64,000 bases of DNA from assembly GCA_965226885.1 (NCBI GenBank), contig CBDDEL010000014.1:320001-384000 (forward strand), written 5' to 3'. The position numbers and the translations under genes are program-made. The stretch comes from Opitutales bacterium. GTDB lineage: Bacteria > Verrucomicrobiota > Verrucomicrobiia > Opitutales > UBA2987. The notes beneath the pieces are model-generated. The model was not told the DNA's origin. It made no database searches and saw nothing but the letters and a program-made list of their open reading frames with translations. Below, in pieces: positions 23,829 through 35,331 of the stretch. Position 1 is the stretch's first letter, and the number at the start of each line of letters is the position of its first letter.

Positions 23829-24054
23829 GCACAGGCTTCAATTTCCAATGGCAGCATTCAAAAATTATTAAAAACGCTTGCCAAGGATAAATCATATAAA
23901 CAGGCAAATTCTATTCCACCTCAACCCGAACGCATTGGAAACTCCAATGCGCGGTAGAGTTGAAAGGTTTATTCTTAAAACCTGCCTGCGACCCTGGTTT
24001 ATGTATTATCTTGTAGCGGTAGCTATACTCTGTGGATGTCTTTGACTCTATTAA

Positions 24055-25847
24055 TTATAATTCCTCGACCCAGAGAGTGTTGGCGATTCCGACATTTCCG
24101 GCCCAAGAACGGCCGCCGGCCCAGGATCTTCCCCCAGCCCATGAACGCCCGCCTGCCCATGATCTTCCGCCTGCCCAAGAACGCCCTCCGGCCCAGGAAC
24201 GCCCTCCGGCCCAGGATCTTCCGCCAGCCCATGATCTTCCGCCGGCCCAAGAACGCCCTCCGGCCCAGGATCTTCCCCCAGCCCAAGAACGACCACCGGC
24301 CCAGGATCGGCCGCCTGCCCATGTCATTCCATAACCCCAGCCCATCTGGTTGTCTTCCCAGGTGAGGCCGGATGATTCCAGAGTCTCCGAATCTATCCAC
24401 TCCAGGGTGTCTGTCCAGGCGGCGCCCAATGCCACCGTGGCTGCCTCTTCCTCATCATAGATGGTGTAAATAAAAGCGGAACTGTCATCGCTGGTCAGAA
24501 CATTGATCGGGCCCATATAATGGTAGGACATTTCAACCGGATCGACTTCGTCTGGGTCCACCATGTCGTCACCGTTCAGATCGACCCATCCGATTCCGTG
24601 GGCCAGATCGGCTTCCAAATCCATGCCGTAATTGGCCCGGCCGTCTTCCGGAATGTCGGCTCCGAAAATAGCGTTTGGCGCCCATATACGGCCCATTCCT
24701 TGTTGGAAGATATTGTAAACCAGGTCCCCGTCTGCATCGTTGATGGCGGGAGCCGCTGTGTACATTAAGCGAAATTTGACCTGATCGGGATCCAGGTCCG
24801 GGAGTGCGTCCAGCATCAGGGCCACCACACCTGAGGCAACGGCGGTGGACATGCTGGTTCCACTCATGCGAAAAAGGCTGCTCGATTCCGTATAATCGGG
24901 GTGTTGCTGGACCAGGGTGGCCGAATTGGTGATGTCGTCGGGATCGTTGTACATGAAAGAAACAATCTTGCTGCCCGGGGCCAGAATGTCGGGTTTGGCG
25001 AAATTATCCAAGGTCGGTCCCGTGGCCGACCAATCCGGCAGGATATCGTCCGACCAATCGGCAGCCGTCATATTGCTGTCCACTGCGCCCACCGTAATCA
25101 CATAAGGGTCGTTGCCCGGCACGGTTATACTTTCGGCGTTGGGCCCGGTGTTCCCAGCCGCGCCCACCACCACAATGCCGCTGGCCCAGGCTTGTTCCAC
25201 AGCCCGGTTTAATGGATCCACAAAATAGGGGGTGGTGGCATATGCGCTCAGGCTTAAATTAAGAACCCGGATTTTGTAATAATCTTTGTTATCAACGACA
25301 AACTGGATTCCTTCGATGACGTCCTCGTAAGTTCCCATACCCTCGTCATCGAGTGCCCTCACACTGAAGATTTTTGCGTTCGGGGCGATACCCAGGTAGG
25401 TATTCGAATCCAAATCTTTGAAACGGCTGCCGATAATGCCGGCCACATGGGAACCATGGCCATAGTAGTCTCGGCTGTTCTGGGCGTCGCTAATGCAAAA
25501 ACCGTCGTATTGCCACATGCCGTTCAGGTCGTCGTCGTCCACGCCGTCCAAATTTTCATCCTCGAAATACCCGTCATCGATACACATCCCATCGTCCACA
25601 AAATCAACCTGGGCAACAAAATGAATGGCATCTTTCATCGTCAGGATTTTTCCCTTCAGCGCCTCTGCATCCCCGTCGATTTCCGCTTCCGGTATGGGAA
25701 AGAAATACACTCCCGAATCAAGGACAGCAACCGTTACTCCTCCGCCCTTTATCTTCTCTCTGTGCAGTTCGTCGGCGCCCACATCCATACCAACGGGCCA
25801 AGCTTTGTCGGTCGCCTTCAGGTCTTTGATATGCACCTTGACTTTCT
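24055..25847 (-). pseudogene. S8 subtilisin-like (AprX-like) serine protease: catalytic domain and repeat tail; gene split by IS
   Basis: AVLDSG, YGHGSHVAGII, AAGN, SGTSMS catalytic motifs; joins 30700-31023 via TSD GACTTTCT. Confidence 0.92.
24097..24321 (-). repeat. 18-bp coding repeat: (WAGGRS)x12 plus WAG
   Basis: 13 Trp codons spaced exactly 18 nt apart; DNA units differ only at synonymous positions. Confidence 0.97.
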
Positions 25848-27453
25848 GGTAGTGTATAAAAAAAGAATGTTATTTTGTATTTTTAGCTGTACAAATAGCG
25901 TTAGGCAGTTTATTCTTAGTGCATGGTTACTAAAATTATTAATTGTCGGCACTGTGGAAGTGAAAATATCATTAAATTTGGCAAGACGCCCAACCATAAA
26001 CAGCGCTACCGCTGCCATGATTGTGGTAAACAAAGCCGCGAAAACCCCACAGTGAAATACACCGAAGAGCAAAAAGAAATGGGTAGTGTTAACATTTTGA
26101 ATGTTTAAGCTGTACTTTTTAGCGTGATTATGTTGTGAACTGGGAATGGTCCATATCACAGTAAAATGTCCTCAATGCGGAAGCGATCACATCATCAAGC
26201 ACGGCAAGGATCCGAAAGGGGTTCAGAAGTATCGATGCAAGGGGTGTGGTTATCAGTTTCGGCTTCACCCCAAAAGTCGTGAGCATCCTCCGGCGCTGGT
26301 CAAGCAGGTGCTCCGTGCGCACCAAAACCGGATGAGCCTGCGTGCCATTTACCGTACCTTCGGGGTAGCCCCAAAGACGGTCATCGAATGGATTAAAAAA
26401 AAGTCCTGAGTTTGCCGAAGCTGGAGTCCACTCTGCTTGCCCGCCAGTGTAGTGATGTGCTGGAACTGGACGAGGTGTGGTCATTCTGGGGCGATAAGCG
26501 TTCGGGGCAGGTATGGCTATGGGTAGCCTTGTGTCGACGTACCCGACAGGTCGTCGGGTTTTCTCTGGGTGATCGTAGCGATCAAACGTGCTGGCAGTTG
26601 TATCACAACATCGCCCAGCCCTATCGCGACTGTGCCACCGTAAGCGATTACTGGGAAAGCTACGACAAGGTTTTCCCTCACAACAGCGCCAGCGGGAAAC
26701 AATCCGGCCAAACCGCCCATATCGAACGCTGGAACAATACCTTGCGACAGTCCCTGTCACGCTATGTGCGTAAAACGCTGTCATTCTCGAAGTCTTTGGT
26801 CATGCATTTTCGCGTCCTGTGCTTGTTCATCTGGGAATACAACAGCAATATCAAACATTCGTCATGTTAACACTACCAAGAAATGATCCTTCGAGTCTAT
26901 CAGGAACGCAGCAGTCTACGCGGTTTACAGCGCGCCTTCGGGGTGAGTCCCAACACCGTTTTGAGTTGGTTAAAAAAAACGACAATCGCTGCGACCGCTC
27001 AAAAGCACGATTCTTGCGGCCCGCCGCCATGATGTCATTGAACTGGACGAACTGTGGTCTTTTGTGGGGCGCAAGAGCGATGCCCAATGGGTTTGGATCG
27101 CTCTTTGCCGACGCACCCGTCAAATCCTCTCCTATGCCATTGGGCCTCGGGATTGGTATCGTTGCCGGGAACTTTACGAGCGTCTGCCACGGGCCTACAA
27201 AAGATGTGCCACCTACAGCGACTTTTGGAGCACTTATGATGAAGTCTTTCCTCATAACCGATCCGTGGGAAAAGAAACCGGTGAAACGGCCCATGTGGAA
27301 CGATGGAACAATACCCTGCGCCAACGACTGGGTCGTTTCACACGCAAAACCCTCTCCTTTTCCAAGCTTAAGAGTATGCATGAAACCTGTCTGAGACTTT
27401 TCATTCATCAATATAATCAAGAATTAGCCACCATTCCTACTTAATACACTACC
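25848..27453 (+). mobile_element. IS1 type A interrupted by IS1 type B
   Basis: IRs at 25848 and 27453; nested element at 26082-26877. Confidence 0.93.
26082..26877 (+). mobile_element. IS1-family element type B (insA 26146-26409, insB to 26870)
   Basis: IRs GGTAGTGTTAACAT / ATGTTAACACTACC; 8-bp TSD AAGAAATG; A AAA AAG -1 frameshift site. Confidence 0.95.
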
Positions 27454-27535
27454 GATTACCGGAATAAGTTATATTTTTCACTTAAAACGCAGTTTGGGCA
27501 CATATTATTTCTCAATTTATAAAGGATTTCAAATC

Positions 27536-27575
27536 ATGAAATCAATTTTTAACATGCAAGGACCGGTTTACCTAG
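27536..27575 (+). pseudogene. Displaced first 13 codons of the S8 protease (MKSIFNMQGPVYL)
   Basis: AAAGGA RBS upstream; ends in CTAG and joins in frame with the reverse complement of 31023 downward (LVSLLFLSATSSF). Confidence 0.75.
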
Positions 27576-29142
27576 CCCGGATATTTCATGAAGGGTAAAG
27601 TTTGGCTCGTTATTGCTATTGGAGATGGATTTCTTTGTATTTTGAGCAGATCGTCTTGATTTTTAGGTGTTTTTCAGGGTGTAGAGACACTGCCCCCTTT
27701 CCCCCATTGGTTCGGTAGTGCCGGGGGCAGCACCAATGCACCCTTTAGGTTGGCACCAATCGGCGGGCCGCATGGTTGAAAAGACTGGCCCAAGGATAAC
27801 TCTCACTTAGGTGAAAGTGAATCGTTCGGGTGTTGCGCACGATGACCGCTCCGATCTTGATTAATTTGAGCCGCAGGGTGTGGCATTGGGCCCGCGCCCA
27901 CTTCGTCCCTTTTAAGGCTAACCGGCGCATGGCTTCCATCAAGGTGTAGGCCAGCGCCGACAAGAGCAATCGCCACTGATTGGCCCACCATTGATGGGCG
28001 CTGGTGCGCTCGCTGAACAATTGCATCTGTTCCTTGATTCGGTTCTCCATTTCACCGCGGCCACAGTATACCTTGTCGTAAAGCTCCTGGGGATCGCCCG
28101 GCAGGTTCGTCACCACGAAGCGCGGGTTGGACCCCTGTGCGGTGTGTTCGGCTTTATGGATGACCAACCGCAGCCATCGCCACGAATCGGCAGCATAGAC
28201 GAAGTCCTGGAATAACCGTTGTTTTTTACCCCTTAGTTCGAACCATTCTTTGGCCTGCTTTTGCAACTGCTGGGCGTCTTGCTGCAAGCGTGCATTGCGA
28301 GCCATCCCCACGATGTAACTAACTTCGTTGCGGTCGCACCAAGAGAGTATCCGGTCTCGACAAAATCCACTGTCGGCGCGCCAAATAATCCGCGTACGGG
28401 GCCAGCTTTGGCGAATCCGTTTAACCAGCAATTTGAGGATGGCCCCGGCATGCTTGCTGGCATCGATCTTGCTCGGCCGCAGGTAGGCCACCAGCAGCTG
28501 ATCACCGCAAAAAACATATAGCGGCAGAAAACAGTAATGATCATAATAACCGTGGAAAAAACGTCCCTCCTGGAGCCCGTGCACCGGATTGTCGGTGGCG
28601 TCAAAGTCCAGGATGATCTCTTCGGGTTCCTCGGCAAAGGAGCCCATGAACTGTTCGACCAACAGCTCGTTTACCGCAAAGGCCGCCCGCCGATCCTGCC
28701 CGTTTTCAAAACGACACAAAGTCGGCGCGCTGGCCAACGTTTCAATGCGCCCCGTTACCGTTTGCAACAATGGATCGTGGCGCAGGGTATCAAAGTCGTT
28801 CAAATCCTCATAGCCCGCCACCAGCCCGTAAACGCGCTGCCGCAGCATCCCCAATACCTCATGGCGTACTTTGCCCTTCTGCCGTTTGTCCACTAACTGT
28901 CGGGCCGCTCGTTCGGTCAAGCCCAACTGCCGATCCACTTCCCGGATCAAAAGCAGTCCGGCATCCGAAGTAACCTCTCCGCCCTTGAAATCAACCCGCA
29001 CACGGCGGCCTTTTACCCTTGTCAACTGTAGCTTTAATTGTTTACCTTTTGTCATCGCTGATATTGCTTTAATTATTGATCTATCCTGCTGTATATCAGC
29101 AGTTAAGCATATCAACGATACTTTTTTTACGAAATATCCGGG
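27576..29142 (-). mobile_element. IS1380 element, complete (transposase 27745-29115)
   Basis: Both IRs, 1567 bp, CTAG on each side, intact 456-aa ORF. Confidence 0.96.
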
Positions 29143-29832
29143 CTAGGGGACCTGGAAAACCAGGCCAGAAGTCTCGACAACCTAGGGGCCTTGCGCATGG
29201 CGCAGGGAAATTATGAAACGGCCGGGAACAACTTCAACGCAGCTTTGCAAATCCGCGAAAAATTGGGCGAAAAATATGGAGTATCGCAGTCTCGGGCCAA
29301 CCTCGCTCAATTAGCTCTAACGGTAAATAACATCGAAGAAGCATTACCTCATGCGGTGGCTAGTATGGAATTGGCCAAAGAAACCGGCGGCAAGGAAATC
29401 GAGGTTTGGGCAGGCTGGGTTCTGGCGTTGGTGGAAGCTGAAAACGAAGAGATGGAGAATGCTTTGGCAACCGCTAACAGGGCATTGCAACTGGCCCAAG
29501 ATGAAGGGTTCCGGGATGAAGAAATCGATTGCCTGAGAACATGCGGAATTCTCATCGCAAGAACCGGTGCTTATATTAAAGCCGAAGAAACTTTACGACG
29601 GTCTCTCGATCTATCACTTGAGGGAAAGGATCCTTATCGTGAAGGCCTTGCTCATTTAAATCTAGGCTTAATCCACCTTGAAAAATTGGAACAAGATGTT
29701 TCTCCCGAAAGAGAAATATTGCGCAAGAAAACACAAGGCTTTCTGCATGCGGCGAAAGAAATATTTGAATCCATGGGTTCTTCCAAGAATCTTATTCAAT
29801 GCAACACCGCACTGAAAAACTGCACCTATTGA
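29143..29832 (+). pseudogene. C-terminal half of TPR paralogue 3, displaced and inverted
   Basis: LGDLENQARSLDNLG..GGKEIEV..DEEIDCLR..DPYREGLA aligns by eye with 35332-36263 and 39715-40646. Confidence 0.85.
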
Positions 29833-29896
29833 TAGTTCTAATTAATCACGTGATTATAACGTTCTGTTTAATTTGAATAAATTAGTCAGATTACCG

Positions 29897-30699
29897 GGTA
29901 GTGTATAAAAAAAGAATGTTATTTTGTATTTTTAGCTGTACAAATAGCGTTAGGCAATTTATTCTTAGTGCATGGTTACTAAAATTATTAATTGTCGGCA
30001 CTGTGGAAGTGAAAATATCATTAAATTTGGCAAGACGCCCAACCATAAACAGCGCTGCCGCTGCCATGATTGTGGTAAACAAAGCCGCGAAAACCCCACA
30101 GTGAAATACACCGAAGAGCAAAAAGAAATGATCCTTCGAGTCTATCAGGAACGCAGCAGTCTACGCGGTTTACAGCGCGCCTTCGGGGTGAGTCCCAACA
30201 CCGTTTTGAGTTGGTTAAAAAAAAACGACAATCGCTGCGACCGCTCAAAAGCACGATTCTTGCGGCCCGCCGCCATGATGTCATTGAACTGGACGAACTG
30301 TGGTCTTTTGTGGGGCGCAAGAGCGATGCCCAATGGGTTTGGATCGCTCTTTGCCGACGCACCCGTCAAATCCTCTCCTATGCCATTGGGCCTCGGGATT
30401 GGTATCGTTGCCGGGAACTTTACGAGCGTCTGCCACGGGCCTACAAAAGATGTGCCACCTACAGCGACTTTTGGAGCACTTATGATGAAGTCTTTCCTCA
30501 TAACCGATCCGTGGGAAAAGAAACCGGTGAAACGGCCCATGTGGAACGATGGAACAATACCCTGCGCCAACGACTGGGTCGTTTCACACGCAAAACCCTC
30601 TCCTTTTCCAAGCTTAAGAGTATGCATGAAACCTGTCTGAGACTTTTCATTCATCAATATAATCAAGAATTAGCCACCATTCCTACTTAATACACTACC
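29897..30699 (+). mobile_element. IS1 type A (803 bp, A9 slippery run)
   Basis: Both IRs; left flank GATTACCG, right flank GACTTTCT. Confidence 0.95.
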
Positions 30700-31023
30700 G
30701 ACTTTCTTTCCCCTTTTCGCGGATTTGATGCGTTTGTTTTCCACAATGGAGACAATCTCGGGATATGCGGCCAATTCACCCAAACGGAATGAGGGAATTT
30801 CTGCCGCTACGGCATTGATGATATGAAGATCGCTGGTGACCTCTCCTCCCAACTTTGCCACAATGTGCGCCGCCGTGCGGGAGTTTTGAGCCGTTGCGAT
30901 AATGGCTATGGAATCCGACTCGCTATCCCATAAACTTGTTTCAACATAAGCAGGTCCATTATTAACCGATGGATCTGGCTCATAAAATGAAGAGGTTGCA
31001 CTTAAAAAAAGTAGGCTTACTAG
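30700..31023 (-). pseudogene. S8 protease signal peptide / I9-like propeptide fragment
   Basis: Open frame LVSLLFLSATSSF...GGEVTSDLHIINAVAAEIP..LAAYPEIVSIVENKRI. Confidence 0.8.
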
Positions 31024-32589
31024 CCCGGATATTTCGTAAAAAAAGTATCGTTGATATGCTTAACTGCTGATATACAGCAGGATAGATCAATAATTAAAGC
31101 AATATCAGCGATGACAAAAGGTAAACAATTAAAGCTACAGTTGACAAGGGTAAAAGGCCGCCGTGTGCGGGTTGATTTCAAGGGCGGAGAGGTTACTTCG
31201 GATGCCGGACTGCTTTTGATCCGGGAAGTGGATCGGCAGTTGGGCTTGACCGAACGAGCGGCCCGACAGTTAGTGGACAAACGGCAGAAGGGCAAAGTAC
31301 GCCATGAGGTATTGGGGATGCTGCGGCAGCGCGTTTACGGGCTGGTGGCGGGCTATGAGGATTTGAACGACTTTGATACCCTGCGCCACGATCCATTGTT
31401 GCAAACGGTAACGGGGCGCATTGAAACGTTGGCCAGCGCGCCGACTTTGTGTCGTTTTGAAAACGGGCAGGATCGGCGGGCGGCCTTTGCGGTAAACGAG
31501 CTGTTGGTCGAACAGTTCATGGGCTCCTTTGCCGAGGAACCCGAAGAGATCATCCTGGACTTTGACGCCACCGACAATCCGGTGCACGGGCTCCAGGAGG
31601 GACGTTTTTTCCACGGTTATTATGATCATTACTGTTTTCTGCCGCTATATGTTTTTGCGGTGATCAGCTGCTGGTGGCCTACCTGCGGCCGAGCAAGATC
31701 GATGCCAGCAAGCATGCCGGGGCCATCCTCAAATTGCTGGTTAAACGGATTCGCCAAAGCTGGCCCCGTACGCGGATTATTTGGCGCGCCGACAGTGGAT
31801 TTTGTCGAGACCGGATACTCTCTTGGTGCGACCGCAACGAAGTTAGTTACATCGTGGGGATGGCTCGCAATGCACGCTTGCAGCAAGACGCCCAGCAGTT
31901 GCAAAAGCAGGCCAAAGAATGGTTCGAACTAAGGGGTAAAAAACAACGGCTATTCCAGGACTTCGTCTATGCTGCCGATTCGTGGCGATGGCTGCGGTTG
32001 GTCATCCATAAAGCCGAACACACCGCACAGGGGTCCAACCCGCGCTTCGTGGTGACGAACCTGCCGGGCGATCCCCAGGAGCTTTACGACAAGGTATACT
32101 GTGGCCGCGGTGAAATGGAGAACCGAATCAAGGAACAGATGCAATTGTTCAGCGAGCGCACCAGCGCCCATCAATGGTGGGCCAATCAGTGGCGATTGCT
32201 CTTGTCGGCGCTGGCCTACACCTTGATGGAAGCCATGCGCCGGTTAGCCTTAAAAGGGACGAAGTGGGCGCGGGCCCAATGCCACACCCTGCGGCTCAAA
32301 TTAATCAAGATCGGAGCGGTCATCGTGCGCAACACCCGAACGATTCACTTTCACCTAAGTGAGAGTTATCCTTGGGCCAGTCTTTTCAACCATGCGGCCC
32401 GCCGATTGGTGCCAACCTAAAGGGTGCATTGGTGCTGCCCCCGGCACTACCGAACCAATGGGGGAAAGGGGGCAGTGTCTCTACACCCTGAAAAACACCT
32501 AAAAATCAAGACGATCTGCTCAAAATACAAAGAAATCCATCTCCAATAGCAATAACGAGCCAAACTTTACCCTTCATGAAATATCCGGG
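31024..32589 (+). mobile_element. IS1380 element with frameshifted transposase
   Basis: Both IRs, CTAG flanks, 1566 bp; one T missing in a T-run near 31655. Confidence 0.95.
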
Positions 32590-33361
32590 CTAGCCAATTT
32601 CCACTGATATCGAAAAGAACACCCAAATTGGTATAGGCAACACCCATACCCCATGAAAAATTCAACTCACGATAGAGCTTGAGGCTTCGTTCTGTGTTTG
32701 CAATCGCTTCATCGAGCTTACCTTGCTGGTAGCAGATGCCGCCCAATGTGTTGTAGAGACTAGCCAGAGTGGCGGAATCTTTTACGTCTTCCGTATCGAC
32801 ATCTACTTCTTGAAAAACTTCGTGAGCCAACGATATCGCTCCCTCCAAATCCCCCTGGCGGAAATGAATCCAGGCCAGGCGGTCCTTCAGAGTGTGAGCT
32901 AAAGCGGGGTATTGCTGCGTGGTTGTTTCACTCAAATAGCTGAAACTTTTTTCCAGAAACCCTTTGGCTTCCGCAAAGGAGCCGGTGCGTTGCTTGACGT
33001 CACCCAATTCACGCAAAGTACGGACCAGAGTGGGAGTAAAAAGGGTATATTTCGCGCCTCCCTCCCATTTTTTCAGATGGTCCAGAGTATCGGAAAATAC
33101 CAGACCGGCCTCCTCGAATTCACCGGTAAATTTTAAAGCCTGGCCCAAACCCAAACGGGCTTCGAAAAATTCTTCTTTTTGCCCATTCAATTGAGCCGGT
33201 AAAATTTCTATGGCGCGTCTGTAGTGTTTGATGGCATCATCGTTAGCACATTGCCGCCTGGCTTCACTTCCAATTTCGATTAAGTAAGAGACAGCCTTTT
33301 CCGGCTGGTTGTTTTTTAGGTAGTACTGAGCTTTATCTTCAGGGTTGGTATTTGGTGACAT
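32590..33361 (-). pseudogene. TPR paralogue 3, N-terminal half
   Basis: AAGGAG RBS; EARLGLGQALK, DRLAWIHFRQG, ASLYNTLGG, AYTNLGVL; cut by IS1380. Confidence 0.88.
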
Positions 33362-33957
33362 AGTGGCATACTCCTTAATTTAGGGTTTTATTTTTAGTCG
33401 ATTTATATGTACAGGCATAACTACCACATAGATAGCAACTATGCCGCTTTGAAAAAGAAGGGGGATAGAAAAAGCTAATTTAGCTTTAAATTAGTTCATA
33501 GCGAACTAACGAATCTAGCTATCTATTGACTATAATCAAGGTTATAAAATGGGTATTTTGTTAAAAATATGTAAAAATACTTATTATTTACGTATAAGTA
33601 CTAATATATAATCTTGATTAAGCACGTATTACTGATATTAGCTGCAAGTTTTATAATGTATTAATAATTAATCTAAATAAACATAAAATAACTAATACAA
33701 TGTATTAGAATAATACATATAACTATTTTAAAACCAAAAGAGTGATGTAACCACGGATTACTCGGTTGGGCGCTTATAGCTGGAACAATAGTGTCTGTAA
33801 CCCGCTGTTGTTGGCATTGCCGGTCGCCGTACCGGTTTGAAAACGAGCGGCTTTATGAATCACCAGGGTTTAGCCTTGGTGATTGTTTTAAACCAAATTT
33901 TGGCTGAATCCTGCATCGCGTAGACAGTATCAGGCAGGGCGTCTTTCGGCAACCTGA

Positions 33958-35285
33958 TGACGTGTACTGGATTTGTTGGACACGGGATTCTCTTATATTC
34001 ATTGTTTATTGATTAGTGTGTCAGGCGGCTTGTTTTGGTAACGGGTTTTGTTTTCTCGTTGCCCCCCATGGGGGGCAAATATTTTCCTCGAATTGGACTG
34101 GGCTTTGGTAACTCAGAGAGGAATGTTTGCGATATCGGTTGTAGAAGATTTCCACGTATTCGAAGACAGTTGATCGCAGTTCGCGCTCGTCGGCAAAGTG
34201 GCGGCCTCGAATCGTGCTGGTCTTGAAGCGGCCGTAGAACGATTCCATGGCCGCGTTGTCGTAGCAGTTGCCTTGGGCGCTCATGCTCGGCTTCATGCCT
34301 AGTTCAGAGACCAGCCTCTGATAGTCGTCGCTGGCGTAGGGGCTGCCCCGATCGCTGTGATGAATAATCCCGGTGCGCAGTGTGCCGCGGGTCATGGCCG
34401 CGGCTTTGAGGGCCTTGCCAACCAGCTTCGCGTCGTTGTGGTTGGAAACGCTCCAGCCCAGCAGGCGTCGGCTGAACAGGTCCATCACCGTGGCCAAGTA
34501 CATCCAACCGGCCAGGGTCCGTAGGTAGGTCGTGTCCGCCACCCAGACCTCGTCGATATGGGTCGGCTGGCCATGCTTTTTAAGCACATTGGGGCTGTAA
34601 CCATAGGGATGGTTACTGTTGGTTTTTAATGGCTTAAAGCGTTTACTCTGGGTGCTTTTGATTCCCATTTCACGCATCAGACGCAGAGCCCGGTCACGGC
34701 CGCAATCGATGCCCTCATCATCCTTCAGATGGCGGTGCATTGGCCGATGCCCATAGCGGCCCTTGGCCTCTTTGTGTACCTTCAGGATCGCCCCCTTGAT
34801 TCCCTCGTCCTCGATCCGCCGGGCCGAGGGCGCTCGGTGCCTCCAGCAGTAATAGCCACTGCGACAAATCCCCATCGCCGAGCATATTTCCTCGATCTTG
34901 AAGCGCCCCTCGTTGTCTTTGACAAACTGGTACTTCATTGTTCGTCCTTGGCAAAGTAGCCCACCGTTTTTTTTAGTATCTGGTTGATCCGCTCCGAGCG
35001 GCGCAGCTCTTTGCGAAGACGATCTATCTCGGCCGCCATCTCCTTCGGACTGCTCTGTCGCTTTGAGGTGGCTTCGCCCTGCTGATCGTCCAGATAGAGC
35101 CTCTTCCACCTATACAATTGGTTGGTGTTGACCCCAAGTTTGGTCGATACCTCGGTGGCGCTCAGACCATCGAGTATCATCAGTTGAACTGCCTCATTTT
35201 TGAACTCTATACTAAAGCGTCTTCTTCCCATGCTTCGATTCTCCATTTAGGAGAATCTCGTGTCCACTTTTTCCAGTGCACATCA
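33958..35285 (-). mobile_element. IS3-family element, complete (orfA 34935-35246, orfB 34021-34938)
   Basis: Same element as 11456-12780; 4-bp TSD CTGA. Confidence 0.96.
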
Positions 35286-35331
35286 CTGATCAAAAGGGGG
35301 GCTCCAGAATTGCCGAAGAACCAAAATGCGG

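Noticed and set aside
24097..24321. CRISPR array or non-coding repeat
   Set aside because: Units are contiguous 18-mers with no spacers and vary only at synonymous sites of the minus-strand frame; no cas genes in the window
24032..24334. Plus-strand ORF with PPAQER/PPAHDL repeats
   Set aside because: Antisense shadow: the peptide varies on this strand but is invariant on the protease strand
31645..31665. Single-base frameshifts here, at about 22928 and 61790, and the odd orfA/orfB frame near 47020
   Set aside because: All fall in homopolymer or doublet positions and may be sequencing errors; not treated as biological without reads
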